Shown: positions 1-9,938 of the stretch, piece after piece | How positions within the stretch are numbered: position 1 is the first letter of the stretch | Layout of the letters: the number at the start of each line of letters is the position of its first letter | NCBI GenBank assembly: GCA_965215505.1 | Contig: OZ244065.1 | Coordinates: 4,864,001-4,928,000 of the forward strand | Reading direction: 5' to 3' | Length of the DNA: 64,000 bases | From: Capsulimonadaceae bacterium | Lineage (GTDB): Bacteria > Armatimonadota > Armatimonadia > Armatimonadales > Capsulimonadaceae | Notes under the pieces: generated by a model | Told to the model about the DNA's origin: nothing | Seen by the model: the letters and a program-made list of their open reading frames with translations, nothing else | The model's database searches: none | Translations under genes and position numbers: made by a program

Positions 1-347
1 GCCGCGACTTCCGCCCGCATGAGCCTCACCCGGACGCCCAGCCGGTGACGCAGGAGGGCCGCACGCTTTTCCGCCTGCCACTGGGCTACGCCATGGAATT
101 CGTCGCCAAGATGGACTACGCCGACAACTGGCTGTCCGAGATGCACGAGGCATTCTGCTTCTGGAGCTTCGCCGACTGGACGCGCGAACTTGCCGACGCG
201 GGCCTGACCGTCCTGCCCGGCTCCCACGCCTACGTCAACGAGTGGCGCGTTCAGCACTCGTTCCAGAAGCGCGTCCGCCTGTATGACCTGGGCGGAACGC
301 CGCTGCCCTTCCCCGTCACGAACATGGTGCTGGCGGCGGAGAAATGA
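1..347 (+). CDS. C-terminal part of a protein truncated by the window edge, possibly containing a SAM-dependent methyltransferase domain
   Basis: Frame is open to the left edge; ends ...KMDYADNWLSEMHEAFCFWSF...TNMVLAAEK; TGA overlaps the next ATG (ATGA). Confidence 0.5.
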   Translation, partial: RDFRPHEPHPDAQPVTQEGRTLFRLPLGYAMEFVAKMDYADNWLSEMHEAFCFWSFADWTRELADAGLTVLPGSHAYVNEWRVQHSFQKRVRLYDLGGTPLPFPVTNMVLAAEK

Positions 348-3322
348 TAACCCAAATGATACCCATGCGCTACGCCGCGCTTCCCATTTGCCTTGCCGCC
401 TGTGCGCTCCTCCCTCACGCGGCACACGCCCAGACGCCCACCGCGCCGCTCGCCGTAATCGTCAAGATGGACCGGCCCCTGCTGTTCGCCTACGGGACCT
501 GGGACAAGAAGGCGCACGTCGAGAACGGCGCGGCTTTGCTGGATGCCGACGGCATGACGCCGAAGGGCGGTGCGGGCGTCAATCTGGAACCCGTCCTCGA
601 CCTACACGCCGAGGCCGATGACAGCCCCGCCCTGCGCCTCCGGGTCGGCCCGCGCAACACGCTCAAGACGCTGAAGCTGATGCTGAACGACACGCAGGGG
701 CATTCGGGGACGTGGCAGTTCGCGTTAAGCGCCGCCCCAGGCGGCTTTGTGGTCGTGACGCCCGCCGATGGCGCTCCGTTTGCAAAGCCCAATGAGAATG
801 GCAAAACCGGCCCGCCTGACCTGTCCCACATCATGCAGTGGCAGCTCTTGGGCGACTGGGGCGGGGATGGGCCGGTGGACGTGCAGGTGGGCGCGATCCT
901 CGCCGTTGCGCCCGACGCCGCTATCACGCAGGCGCGGCAGGCTCTAGCCCGGATGGACGCCGACGCACGAGCGCAGGCCGCGAAAGACCGGCAGGCCGCC
1001 CGCGCGAAGTACGGCAAGGTCAGCGCGCTGTCGCCCGTGGTCGAGGCCGTCTATGCCGCCGCTCCGGACGTGCTGGCCTTGCAGGTCCACACAGGCAAGA
1101 TCACGCCCGCGCACCTCAGCGCCTATGTCCCCCGGCCGGGCGATGTGCAGAAGAAGGGCGACAATGCGGTCCTGCTGGTGCGCGGCGGGTCGGAGGTCGG
1201 CTACCTCATCGGGCCGAAGCACGACGGCCTGGACACGCCGGAGGGCTTCGTGGGTGACCCGCTGCTCACCGCCGAGGCCGACGACCCCGCCAACTACGCC
1301 GTTCGGTCCGCTGACGATCCCGCCTACGCCGAGGCCGTCCGCCCGCTGGCCGTGCATCGCAAGTCCAAACCCGATGACTGGCAGCAGCCCAAGAGGGCGG
1401 GCCTGACCTGGCGGCACGTCGTCTACCTCAGCCTGCCCAGACCGCTGACGCCCGGTAGGACTTACACGGTGACGATAGGGAACGTCAACGTCCGGACGCC
1501 CGCCGCCACTCTGAACTTTGACCCGGCGAAGGCCTGGAGCGAGGCCGTCCACGTCAACCAGGTCGGCTTCCGGCCTGATGACCCGCGCAAGCGCGCCTTT
1601 CTGTCGCTCTGGATGGGCGACGGCGGCGGGTACGACTTCGCCCCCGGCCTCGGATTTCATTTGGTCGCCGAGGCGACCGGGAAGAGCGTCTACACCGGGC
1701 GGGTGGGGGAAGCCTGGGCATCGGACAAGCCTGAGAAGATGCACACGACGCGCAATTTCAACGGCACCTCGGTCGCCCCGCTGGACTTCTCCGACTTCCA
1801 CACGCCGGGCCGCTACCGCCTCGTTGTGGACGGCGTCGGCTGTTCCTATCCCTTCGAGATCGGCCCCGACGCTTGGGCCAAAGCCTTCCAGGTCCAGATA
1901 AAGGGCTTCTACAACCAGCGCAGCGGCATTGCCCTCGGCCCGCCCTATACCAGCTTCATCCGGCCCGCAGACTTCCACCCCGGCGTCCCGGACACCGTGC
2001 CCGTCACGCAGTCTACCTACTCCATCCTGGACGGCGGCGACCCGCAAAAGGACCTGGCGAAAGGCGACACCGGCCGGCCCGTGCCCGAGGCCTGGGGCGG
2101 CTACCACGACGCCGGGGACTGGAACCCGCGCCGCATCACGCACATGCGGACGACGACCTTCTGGCAGCTACAGCTCCTGGAACTGTTCCCTGCCTACTTC
2201 AAGACGCTGCCGCTGCAAATCCCGAAGGACACGCCCGCGCCGGACCTGCTGAACGAGTGCCGGTTTGAGTTGTCCCTGTTCCACCGACTCCAGAAGCCTG
2301 ACGGCGGCGTCCCGTTCGGCATCGAGACCAACGGCGACCCCATAGACGGAGAGGTGAGCTGGAAACAATCAATGCCCGCCTACGTCTACGCCCCCGATGT
2401 GCAGTCGTCCTACCTCTATGCCGCCGTCGCCGCCCGCATGGCCCGCGTCCTCGCGCCGTACAGCCCCGCCGAGGCCAAGACATACCGCGCGAGCGCCTTG
2501 AAAGCCATCGCCTGGGCCGAGGCAGACAGGGTGAAGCGGCAGTCAAGTGGGACGTGGGCCAAATTACCCGCCGAAGTCACCGATGACCGCAACCTTGCCG
2601 CCGTCGCGGTTTACACGCTGACGCACGACAAGCATTGGCACGATGTCTTCCTTGAAGACACCCCGCTCAAAACTGTGCCTGCGCCGCCCTTCTACGGCAG
2701 CTTGGAGCGCCGTGATGCCGCCTTTGCGTATGCCCTCCTGCCCGCCACACTAGCCGATCCCGCGCTTAAAAAAGCCGCCCTCACCGCCCTGCTCGCCGAT
2801 GCCGACGGCGCTCTCGCCTATCAGCAGAACAACGCCTGGGGCATCGCCTCGGACGACCCCGGCAAGCCGCAGTTCCTCGGCTTCTACAGCACCCCGCACG
2901 GCGCGGTCTCGCTCCTGCGCGCCTACCACCTGACCCACAATGCCAAGTACCTGGCGGGTGCCGTTCAGGCGTGCCTCTTCCCCGCCGGCGCGAACCCCGC
3001 CAACCTGGTCTACACCTCGGGGGTGGGCGCGAACCCCGTCCGCCATCCCCTGAACCTGGACAGCCGCCTGACCGGCCAGCCCGCCCCCGCCGGCCTGACC
3101 GTCTACGGCAACGTGGACCTCACCCGGTGGGGCGACCAGAACTGGATCACCTGGCCCATCACCTACTACTTCGGCGCGCTCTCCGACCCCAACCCGCTCC
3201 AATGGCCGACAAGCGAGGCCTACTTCGACGTCTTCTTCATGCCCGGCCTCGACGAGTTCACCATGGACCAGACCATGGGGCCGAACGCCTACGTCTGGGG
3301 CTATCTGGCGGCGCGGAAGTAG
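344..3322 (+). CDS. Secreted glycoside hydrolase family 9 (cellulase-like) with N-terminal CBM-like and Ig-like domains
   Basis: Signal peptide ending AHA-Q; HVNQVGF Ig-domain motif; GGYHDAGDW catalytic motif; C-terminal EFTMDQ. Confidence 0.88.
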   Translation: MITQMIPMRYAALPICLAACALLPHAAHAQTPTAPLAVIVKMDRPLLFAYGTWDKKAHVENGAALLDADGMTPKGGAGVNLEPVLDLHAEADDSPALRLRVGPRNTLKTLKLMLNDTQGHSGTWQFALSAAPGGFVVVTPADGAPFAKPNENGKTGPPDLSHIMQWQLLGDWGGDGPVDVQVGAILAVAPDAAITQARQALARMDADARAQAAKDRQAARAKYGKVSALSPVVEAVYAAAPDVLALQVHTGKITPAHLSAYVPRPGDVQKKGDNAVLLVRGGSEVGYLIGPKHDGLDTPEGFVGDPLLTAEADDPANYAVRSADDPAYAEAVRPLAVHRKSKPDDWQQPKRAGLTWRHVVYLSLPRPLTPGRTYTVTIGNVNVRTPAATLNFDPAKAWSEAVHVNQVGFRPDDPRKRAFLSLWMGDGGGYDFAPGLGFHLVAEATGKSVYTGRVGEAWASDKPEKMHTTRNFNGTSVAPLDFSDFHTPGRYRLVVDGVGCSYPFEIGPDAWAKAFQVQIKGFYNQRSGIALGPPYTSFIRPADFHPGVPDTVPVTQSTYSILDGGDPQKDLAKGDTGRPVPEAWGGYHDAGDWNPRRITHMRTTTFWQLQLLELFPAYFKTLPLQIPKDTPAPDLLNECRFELSLFHRLQKPDGGVPFGIETNGDPIDGEVSWKQSMPAYVYAPDVQSSYLYAAVAARMARVLAPYSPAEAKTYRASALKAIAWAEADRVKRQSSGTWAKLPAEVTDDRNLAAVAVYTLTHDKHWHDVFLEDTPLKTVPAPPFYGSLERRDAAFAYALLPATLADPALKKAALTALLADADGALAYQQNNAWGIASDDPGKPQFLGFYSTPHGAVSLLRAYHLTHNAKYLAGAVQACLFPAGANPANLVYTSGVGANPVRHPLNLDSRLTGQPAPAGLTVYGNVDLTRWGDQNWITWPITYYFGALSDPNPLQWPTSEAYFDVFFMPGLDEFTMDQTMGPNAYVWGYLAARK

Positions 3323-3328
3323 CATGAT

Positions 3329-3403
3329 GGCGGGGGACCCCGCCTCTACGGAGTACGGCGGGGCGTTATGGTAGGTCTTTGTAGGGGCGGGGTCCCCCCG
3401 CCC
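3329..3403. repeat. Inverted doublet of GTAG-type REP-like palindromes between convergent genes
   Basis: ggcgggggaccccgcctctac (3329-3349) and gtaggggcggggtccccccgccc (3381-3403). Confidence 0.7.
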
Positions 3404-3429
3404 TCCTTCTTATCGTCTGGAACTCTGGT

Positions 3430-5574
3430 CTACCGCCCCGCGCTCGGAAAATCTGCCGGCATCCACGCCGCCAGCCCTGCGACCGAGGCCCGCGCCTCCG
3501 GCGTCGTCGGCACACCCCAAGCCTGGAAGAAGGGGCCTAAGTTGCGGCCCGAGGCCCGCGAGAAGCGCACCATCCACTGGTCGCGCTTCTCCTGGTCGGT
3601 CTTGGGCCGTTCCCCTTCCGGCAGGCGGCGGTACTCGGCGAAGACTTTCTTATAGGTATCCCAGCCGAAGCCCTGCTGCAACTCGATGTATAGGGTCAGG
3701 GCCAGAAACGGGTCGGACTTCCACTGGTCGTACTTCGCGCCGCCGTCCACATACTTCTGGAGCCGTGCCTGCCGCGCCGCCGGCTCGATGGCCGGGTGCG
3801 TGTGGGCCGTGACGCCGCAGATGGTGTCTAAAATGTAGAGCGCGAAGACGTTGTTGGTCACCTCGCCGGTGCCGTCAAACGTCCAGTCGGACTGCTGGTG
3901 GTTGTGGCCCATCTCGTGGAAGAAGCCCCAGGATTTCGTCTTGCCGTCCCCGTTCGTCAGGATGACGTGTGTGCTGACGAAATCGGAGGCAACATCTAAG
4001 CCCGTCATGATTGGGTAGCCGCTGTGCATGTACCCCGCGCTGATCTGCCTGTCGGTGCAGTAGCGTTCCGGGCGCGGGCGGCGGCGGGGGATGCCGGCGA
4101 AGTCTGCGTAGCCGTCCAGTATCCGGTCCCAGAGCGTCATCAAGGCCTCGGGGTCGTCCAGGTCCCGGACGACACGCGACGGCAGAGTTAGGATGACGCT
4201 GTTCCCCTGGAGTTCCGCCCACGGCGCGGGCGCATGCCGAATGGTCTGCCGCCACTGCGTCAGGTCCGTCTGCCCGCGCACGAATAGGGGTGCCTCGACC
4301 GCATGGGCGATGGTGACGGAGACGACGCCGGCCTTGCAGCCGGGCGGGACGACGACATAGACCGGCCCGCCGAAGGCGTTCGCGGCCGGCGTATCGGCTG
4401 CCCGGATGGGAAAGGCGCGCGTGATCTCCGGCGCGCGCTCCCACTTCGCGAGCTGCCAGAGCGGGTCCGTGTGCGCGCCGATGCGGACCTGCAAGCCCAG
4501 CCGGGCGGCGTCGGCAGGGACCGTCACTGTGATTGTCTCGCCCGGCGCGGCGTACAGGCCCGTGCTGTGCCAGTCGGGGATGCTGGTATCAAGCACCACC
4601 GTGCGTGTGACGCGCGGGGCCGTGTCCGGCACCAGACCGGGGAACGTGGCGGCGGCGGGGAGCGCCCGCACCTGGTCGGTGGGCAAGTGCATCGCCCTCT
4701 GGACCTCCAATGTCAGCAGTAGCCGTTCCAGCGGCTGGGCCTGCGTGATCGGCTGCTGCAACGCCAGCAGAGTAGTTTCCACCGCCTGCGGCATCCCATC
4801 CCCGACGCCTGCCAACACTGTGTCTAAAGCCGTCGAGGCATTATAGACGGTGCCGGGCGGTATCCCCGCAACGTAGCCCTGCGCCGAAGTGCGGTCCAAA
4901 GTGCCGTCCGCCCAGAGCAGACCCGCCGGTCTGAGGAGCCGGTCACCGCCGTGCTGCGTCAAGTTCTTGCCGGGGTTGAGCTGGAGCCAGCCCCAGCCGA
5001 GTTCCGCCGCCAATAGGCCGCCCCCGCCGCGCGTATATCGGCCCAGGGCGGCGGTCTCCGCCGGTGCAAGGTCCGCCAGCGGGCACGAGACGACGGCATC
5101 GGCCCCCATCCTAGCCGTCCACCCCGCCCCGTCCAGCGAGTCCACGGCGACCTGATGCGCGCGCAGGAAGGCTGCTAGTTCGGGCCGGTTCCGGACGCCC
5201 ACGCGCAGCACCCGTCCCGGACGGGCCAGCCAATGCACCGCGTTCAGGACGAGTACGCCGGTGTCTGCCGTCTCCAGCGCCTCCTTGTCCAGATAGCTCG
5301 GGTGGCCGAAGGCAACGACTTTCCCCTGACCCAGCCGGCTCGCCGCGACGACCGGCGCGGACAGCCCCTTGCCGACGCGCCCGACGACCACAGCGAACGC
5401 CCGCGGGCCGAAGACGGCGACCGGTCCGGGCAGGCCCGGCGCGGCGACCTCCGCCACCCCCAGCCGCAGCGCCGCCTGATCCGCGCCCTGCGCCCATGCC
5501 CCGCAGTGGCTCATGGCCCATGCCAGGCCGAACGCCGACAGCCCCGTCCGTGCCACTCGCCCCATGTTCAACAT
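3430..5574 (-). CDS. M60-like (enhancin/TCAF-type) zinc metallopeptidase, secreted
   Basis: HEMGH...GEVTNN (HEXXH-x-E); WHSTGLYAAPG and APWAEL M60 motifs; signal peptide; ATG 5574 preceded by AGGGGG. Confidence 0.88.
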   Translation of the reverse strand: MLNMGRVARTGLSAFGLAWAMSHCGAWAQGADQAALRLGVAEVAAPGLPGPVAVFGPRAFAVVVGRVGKGLSAPVVAASRLGQGKVVAFGHPSYLDKEALETADTGVLVLNAVHWLARPGRVLRVGVRNRPELAAFLRAHQVAVDSLDGAGWTARMGADAVVSCPLADLAPAETAALGRYTRGGGGLLAAELGWGWLQLNPGKNLTQHGGDRLLRPAGLLWADGTLDRTSAQGYVAGIPPGTVYNASTALDTVLAGVGDGMPQAVETTLLALQQPITQAQPLERLLLTLEVQRAMHLPTDQVRALPAAATFPGLVPDTAPRVTRTVVLDTSIPDWHSTGLYAAPGETITVTVPADAARLGLQVRIGAHTDPLWQLAKWERAPEITRAFPIRAADTPAANAFGGPVYVVVPPGCKAGVVSVTIAHAVEAPLFVRGQTDLTQWRQTIRHAPAPWAELQGNSVILTLPSRVVRDLDDPEALMTLWDRILDGYADFAGIPRRRPRPERYCTDRQISAGYMHSGYPIMTGLDVASDFVSTHVILTNGDGKTKSWGFFHEMGHNHQQSDWTFDGTGEVTNNVFALYILDTICGVTAHTHPAIEPAARQARLQKYVDGGAKYDQWKSDPFLALTLYIELQQGFGWDTYKKVFAEYRRLPEGERPKTDQEKRDQWMVRFSRASGRNLGPFFQAWGVPTTPEARASVAGLAAWMPADFPSAGR

Positions 5575-5623
5575 CGCGTATGCCCCCTGATGCGAGTATA
5601 ATACCTCCAATGAGTACAGACCG

Positions 5624-7417
5624 ATGAACACACCCGGCGTCTTTCAGGAATACCCAACGCGGCTCGCGCTCCGGCAGGCCGAGCGGGACGCGCTCGCCCG
5701 CTTGGACAGCCGGCTGGCCGATGTCCGCCTGTACGTCGTCATCGCGGCGGGCATCGCCGCCTATCTGGCCTTCGGGCGGCACTGGTTCTCGCCCTGGCTG
5801 CTCCTTTTGTTTGCCGCAGCCTTTGCCGCCCTGATGGTCCGGCACGAGCGGGTCGCCTCCCGGCTGGCGCGCGCCAGGCGGCAGGTCGCCTTCTACGAGC
5901 AAGGAACGGCACGGCTGGAGGACCGCTGGCAGGGGAAGGGGACGGCGGGGACGCGCTTCCTGGACCCGGAACACCCTTACGCGATTGACCTGGACCTGTT
6001 CGGGGCGGGGTCACTTTTTGAGCTGCTCTGCACCGCCCGGACGAGCCTGGGCGAAGAGCGCCTGGCCTCCTGGCTGCTGGCCCCCGCCGACCCCGCCGCC
6101 CTGCGCGCCCGGCAGGCCGCCGTCGCCGAGCTTGCGCCCCGGCTGGCCCTGCGCGAAGAGCTGGCCCTGCTCGGCGGCGATCTGCGCGGCAAGATCCAGC
6201 CGGGTGCCCTGGCCGCGTGGGGCGAAACGCCGGCCCGGCTGCCCTCCCAAAACCGGCGGTGGATCGCGGGCGGTCTGGCCGCCGCCACTGTGTTAGCCGG
6301 GGGCGTGTGGGCGCTGGGGCTTGGTGCCATCCCCTTCTATGTCTGCGTGGCCCTGGGCCGCGTCTTCGACTGGCCCCTGCGCGGGCCGGTCAAGTCGGTC
6401 GTCCGGGACCTCGACGGTCCCCTGCGCGACCTGAGCCTGCTCTCCGAGATGCTGGCCCGTCTGGAGCGCGAGGCGTTCCAGTCGCCGCGCCTTCAAGAAC
6501 TACAAAAGTCCCTGCGCGTCGGCGGCGACCCGCCCTCCGCCCGTATCGCCCGCCTCCAGACGCTGGCCGGCTCGGTGGAAGTCGCCAAAAACCAGCTCCT
6601 TGCCCTGCCCGCGTCGTTTGTCTTGTGGACCACCCAGCACGCCTTCGCCATCGAGGCATGGCGCGCGTCTAACGGCCCGGCCCTGCGCGGCTGGCTGGAC
6701 GCCCTGGGCGAGTTCGAGGCCCTGAACGCCCTGGCCGGCTACGCCTACGAGCGCCCCGCCGACCCCTTCCCCGACATCGCCGACACGGGGGCGCTCTTCG
6801 AGGCCGAGGGTCTGGTCCACCCCCTGCTCCCCGCCGCCCAAGCCGTGCCGAACGACGTGACCTTGGACCGTGACCGAACCGCCCTACTGGTCGTCAGCGG
6901 CTCCAACATGTCCGGCAAGAGTACCCTCCTCCGAGCCATCGGCGTCAACGCCGTCCTCGCCTACGCGGGTGCCCCCGTCCGCGCCAACGCCCTGCGCCTG
7001 ACTCCCCTGCGGCTGGGCGCGTCCCTCCGCACCCAGGACTCGCTGCAAGGCGGCATCTCCCGCTTCTACGCCGAGATCCTGCGCCTCCGCCAGATCGCCG
7101 GTCTTGCCGAGGGCGAGCCGCCCCCGCTGCTGTTCCTGATCGACGAGATCCTGCACGGCACCAACTCCCACGACCGCCGCGTGGGGACGGAGGCCGTCGC
7201 CCGCGCCCTCGTCCGGCGGGGCGCTTTGGGCCTCATCACCACCCACGACCTCGCCCTCGCCGCCCTGACCGACGACCCCGCCCTGCGCGCCCAAAACGTC
7301 CACTTTGAAGACCAGATGACCGAGGGCCGCATGACCTTCGACTACCGCCTGCGCCCCGGCGTGGTCACCCAGAGCAATGCCATCGCCCTGATGCGCGCCG
7401 TCGGGCTGGAGGTGTGA
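5624..7417 (+). CDS. Membrane-anchored MutS-related ATPase (MutS domain V only)
   Basis: TM segments; Walker A SGSNMSGKST; Walker B LIDEILHGTN; TTHDL; SRFYAE. Confidence 0.88.
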   Translation: MNTPGVFQEYPTRLALRQAERDALARLDSRLADVRLYVVIAAGIAAYLAFGRHWFSPWLLLLFAAAFAALMVRHERVASRLARARRQVAFYEQGTARLEDRWQGKGTAGTRFLDPEHPYAIDLDLFGAGSLFELLCTARTSLGEERLASWLLAPADPAALRARQAAVAELAPRLALREELALLGGDLRGKIQPGALAAWGETPARLPSQNRRWIAGGLAAATVLAGGVWALGLGAIPFYVCVALGRVFDWPLRGPVKSVVRDLDGPLRDLSLLSEMLARLEREAFQSPRLQELQKSLRVGGDPPSARIARLQTLAGSVEVAKNQLLALPASFVLWTTQHAFAIEAWRASNGPALRGWLDALGEFEALNALAGYAYERPADPFPDIADTGALFEAEGLVHPLLPAAQAVPNDVTLDRDRTALLVVSGSNMSGKSTLLRAIGVNAVLAYAGAPVRANALRLTPLRLGASLRTQDSLQGGISRFYAEILRLRQIAGLAEGEPPPLLFLIDEILHGTNSHDRRVGTEAVARALVRRGALGLITTHDLALAALTDDPALRAQNVHFEDQMTEGRMTFDYRLRPGVVTQSNAIALMRAVGLEV

Positions 7418-7440
7418 CGCGGGCCGCCCTCACCGGACGC

Positions 7441-7470
7441 TTGACAGGAGCCGCGCTCCTGTGTTATATT
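7441..7470 (+). promoter_or_regulatory. sigma70-type promoter for the secretin gene, with an inverted repeat across the spacer
   Basis: TTGACA-18-TATATT with extended TG; acaggagc-cgc-gctcctgt palindrome at 7444-7462. Confidence 0.6.
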
Positions 7471-7569
7471 GCATCCGTGGCGGCAAGCAGTCCCCGCGCC
7501 ACGTTCTACCCTGCACGACCATAAGACATGACTCAAAGACCTGCTCTGCCCTCTGCATGAAGGGAACAG

Positions 7570-9861
7570 ATGGTTACCAAAAATCGCTTTTTCCTGCCCG
7601 CCCTGGCCCTGACGGTCTGCGCCGGGGCTTGCCCGGCGGCGGGCGGCCCGGCACAGGCCAGGGTCAGCGTGAACAAGAGTGCGCGTGCCCGCTCGGTTCA
7701 GGCCGAAGCCGGGCCGTTCGTACTCTTCAAGACGGCGGCTAAAGAGGCCGGGAGGCACGAAGCGCCGACGGACCGGGATGGGAGGACGGACCGAGATGAG
7801 AGCGGCCCGCTCACCTCCTTGCTCCAGGCCATCGTCCCGCCGCCGATCCGGGTGGAGGTCCGGCCCAACCCCGTGGACGCAGGCCGCTACGTCGCGGTCC
7901 TGACCTCCCCCGGCCCCCAGGACACGGCGGAAGTCGTCGGCATCGTGAAGAAGGCGCAGGCCGCCGTCGGGGACAGGGTGTTCGTCGTCAGCAACATCAG
8001 GCCGCTCGCCCCGGCCATCCTCGCGCCGGCCGCCGCGCCGGTGACACTCACCTACACGCTGCGGTTCCTGCGCGGCACACTGCCCAGCGTCTCCGCGACC
8101 GACCCCGGCACCTCCGACATCACCGGGATCGGGACGGACACCGCCGCCGCCGCCCTCGCCACCTTCCTGGGTGGCGTCTTTCCTGGCGGAGATACGACCG
8201 TGACCGCGCACGAGAACCGCCTGGTCCTCGTCGGCCCCGCCGCCCACGTCAGCGCCCTGCGCCAGATGCTGGCTCTGTCTCTGGACATCCCCTCCCCGCA
8301 GGTCAGGGCCGACATCTACACCATCCAGGTCAACACGACCCCCCGCAACCGGGATCAGGCGCAGGACAAGATCGAGGAGATCGCGGCGGGCATCCAGATC
8401 GTCCGCGACTTCATCCACGGCTCCGAGGGCGGGCTTGGGGCCTACCTTGCCACGGACCGGGCGCACGTCCCGTCCGACCCCGCCGACACCGCCGAGGCCG
8501 CCGCCTTGCGGAAGAATCTCTTCGCCAAGATGGCGCTCGCCGGTTATGACAGGTCCCCGGATCGTCCCCTCAGCCTGATAGACATGCTGATCCTGCTGAC
8601 CGTCTCGGACCGGGGACGGCTCCGGCAGGAGTTGACGCCCCGCATCGGCCCCCCGCCCGCCGACCCGAAGGACTATCATCTGATAGACGGCCTTGAAGCC
8701 TCCCTGCATAACGTGGGCCGGGGGCTTGCCGCTGGGGACGGCCGGGAGGGGGTCGTCTACACGCGCCACGGCGCACAGCTCGGCAGGCTGATCGCCCGCA
8801 TCCAGGCCCAGATAGACATGGCCCGCCGGGCGGGTACGCCGGTCCCGCTGTTCAGCCGCATGGCGCGCGTCTACGCCGCGGACCCGCGCGCCAAGGCGGG
8901 CGACATGCAGGGCATGTGCGACTTCCTGGACGCCTGGCATGACTGCCAGGGGGCCTTCCTCACCGGCCCCCAGCCCGACCCGGACCACCCGGAGGTTGAC
9001 CCGCGCGAATACCCGGACCGGCTTTCGCGCCAGAGTGCGGCCACCGACCTTCTGCTCAAGGAGGCCATGGACGCCCTGACGGCGGACCTCCAGACCGTCT
9101 ACTTCCAGCCCCTCCTGGACTGGATACGCGAGGACGTGCGCGGCGGCCACGCCGGCAGCACCGGCATTGACCTGGTGGGAATGACGAGCCTCACCGTCCG
9201 CGACCGGACGCTGGGCGAGACGAAAGGGACTGCCGAGTCCTATTTCAAGTTCACGCCCATCCCCCATTTGACGATGGACTCGCTGACCGGGGCCAAGACC
9301 CTCGCCGGCAGCACGCCCGCCACCGCCCTCGGCGCGCTGACCCCCCTCCAAGCGCTCGCCCTCGAGGCCGCGCTCAGTGAGGACGCCGCCGTGCCCTCCT
9401 ACCGCAAGATCGCGCCGGGCACGAGCCTCGCCATCCGGCCTTTCGTCCTGCCCGACGGCGGCTCGGCCCGCGTCCAGATGAGCCTGTCCTCCACCGCCGC
9501 CGCCGACCCCCCGGCGGCGGGCGGGCGCGACATCCCCTTCGACGGCATCACGAGCCACACGGTGACGACCGAGGCGACCATCAGCGCCTTCGACCTGCAA
9601 ACGGTCTCCTCGTTCGGCGTCCAGACCAGCGCGCCGGGGGACTACTCGTGGCGCATCCCCCTCCTGGACCAGCTCCCCCTCCTGGGCGAACTGTTCCACG
9701 GCCCGCGCGGCCGGGACACGGAGCGCCAGGACAGCATCGCCATCGTGAGCCTGACCATCCTGCCCCGCTCGCTCGACCTCGTCCCCTACTATGTGGACCA
9801 GGCCGCGATCAACAAGGCGGCGAAGGACAGAGCGGCGGCAACCGGGGGGGCCGGCCGGTAA
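7570..9861 (+). CDS. Divergent secretin-family outer-membrane protein with a large internal insertion
   Basis: Signal peptide; N3-like NRLVLVGPAAHV...LDIPSPQVRADIYTIQV; C-terminal GTSLAIRPFV...RIPLLDQLPLLGELF...IAIVSLTILP. Confidence 0.72.
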   Translation: MVTKNRFFLPALALTVCAGACPAAGGPAQARVSVNKSARARSVQAEAGPFVLFKTAAKEAGRHEAPTDRDGRTDRDESGPLTSLLQAIVPPPIRVEVRPNPVDAGRYVAVLTSPGPQDTAEVVGIVKKAQAAVGDRVFVVSNIRPLAPAILAPAAAPVTLTYTLRFLRGTLPSVSATDPGTSDITGIGTDTAAAALATFLGGVFPGGDTTVTAHENRLVLVGPAAHVSALRQMLALSLDIPSPQVRADIYTIQVNTTPRNRDQAQDKIEEIAAGIQIVRDFIHGSEGGLGAYLATDRAHVPSDPADTAEAAALRKNLFAKMALAGYDRSPDRPLSLIDMLILLTVSDRGRLRQELTPRIGPPPADPKDYHLIDGLEASLHNVGRGLAAGDGREGVVYTRHGAQLGRLIARIQAQIDMARRAGTPVPLFSRMARVYAADPRAKAGDMQGMCDFLDAWHDCQGAFLTGPQPDPDHPEVDPREYPDRLSRQSAATDLLLKEAMDALTADLQTVYFQPLLDWIREDVRGGHAGSTGIDLVGMTSLTVRDRTLGETKGTAESYFKFTPIPHLTMDSLTGAKTLAGSTPATALGALTPLQALALEAALSEDAAVPSYRKIAPGTSLAIRPFVLPDGGSARVQMSLSSTAAADPPAAGGRDIPFDGITSHTVTTEATISAFDLQTVSSFGVQTSAPGDYSWRIPLLDQLPLLGELFHGPRGRDTERQDSIAIVSLTILPRSLDLVPYYVDQAAINKAAKDRAAATGGAGR

Positions 9862-9938
9862 CCACGGCCGCGAGGCGGCCCCCACTCTTCTGCTCGGCTG
9901 AACGGCGGCCCAGGCCGCGAGGAACGGTGACAAATCCC

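Noticed and set aside
5624-7417. Mismatch-repair mutS or mutS2
   Set aside because: Lacks mismatch-binding and Smr domains and has TM helices, so no gene symbol was given
7342-9933. 863-aa minus-strand ORF
   Set aside because: Antisense shadow of the secretin gene in high-GC DNA; Arg/Gly-rich with no motifs
9648-9938. N-terminal extension of the patatin ORF
   Set aside because: Overlaps the secretin 3' end; low-complexity Pro/Arg sequence typical of a non-coding frame
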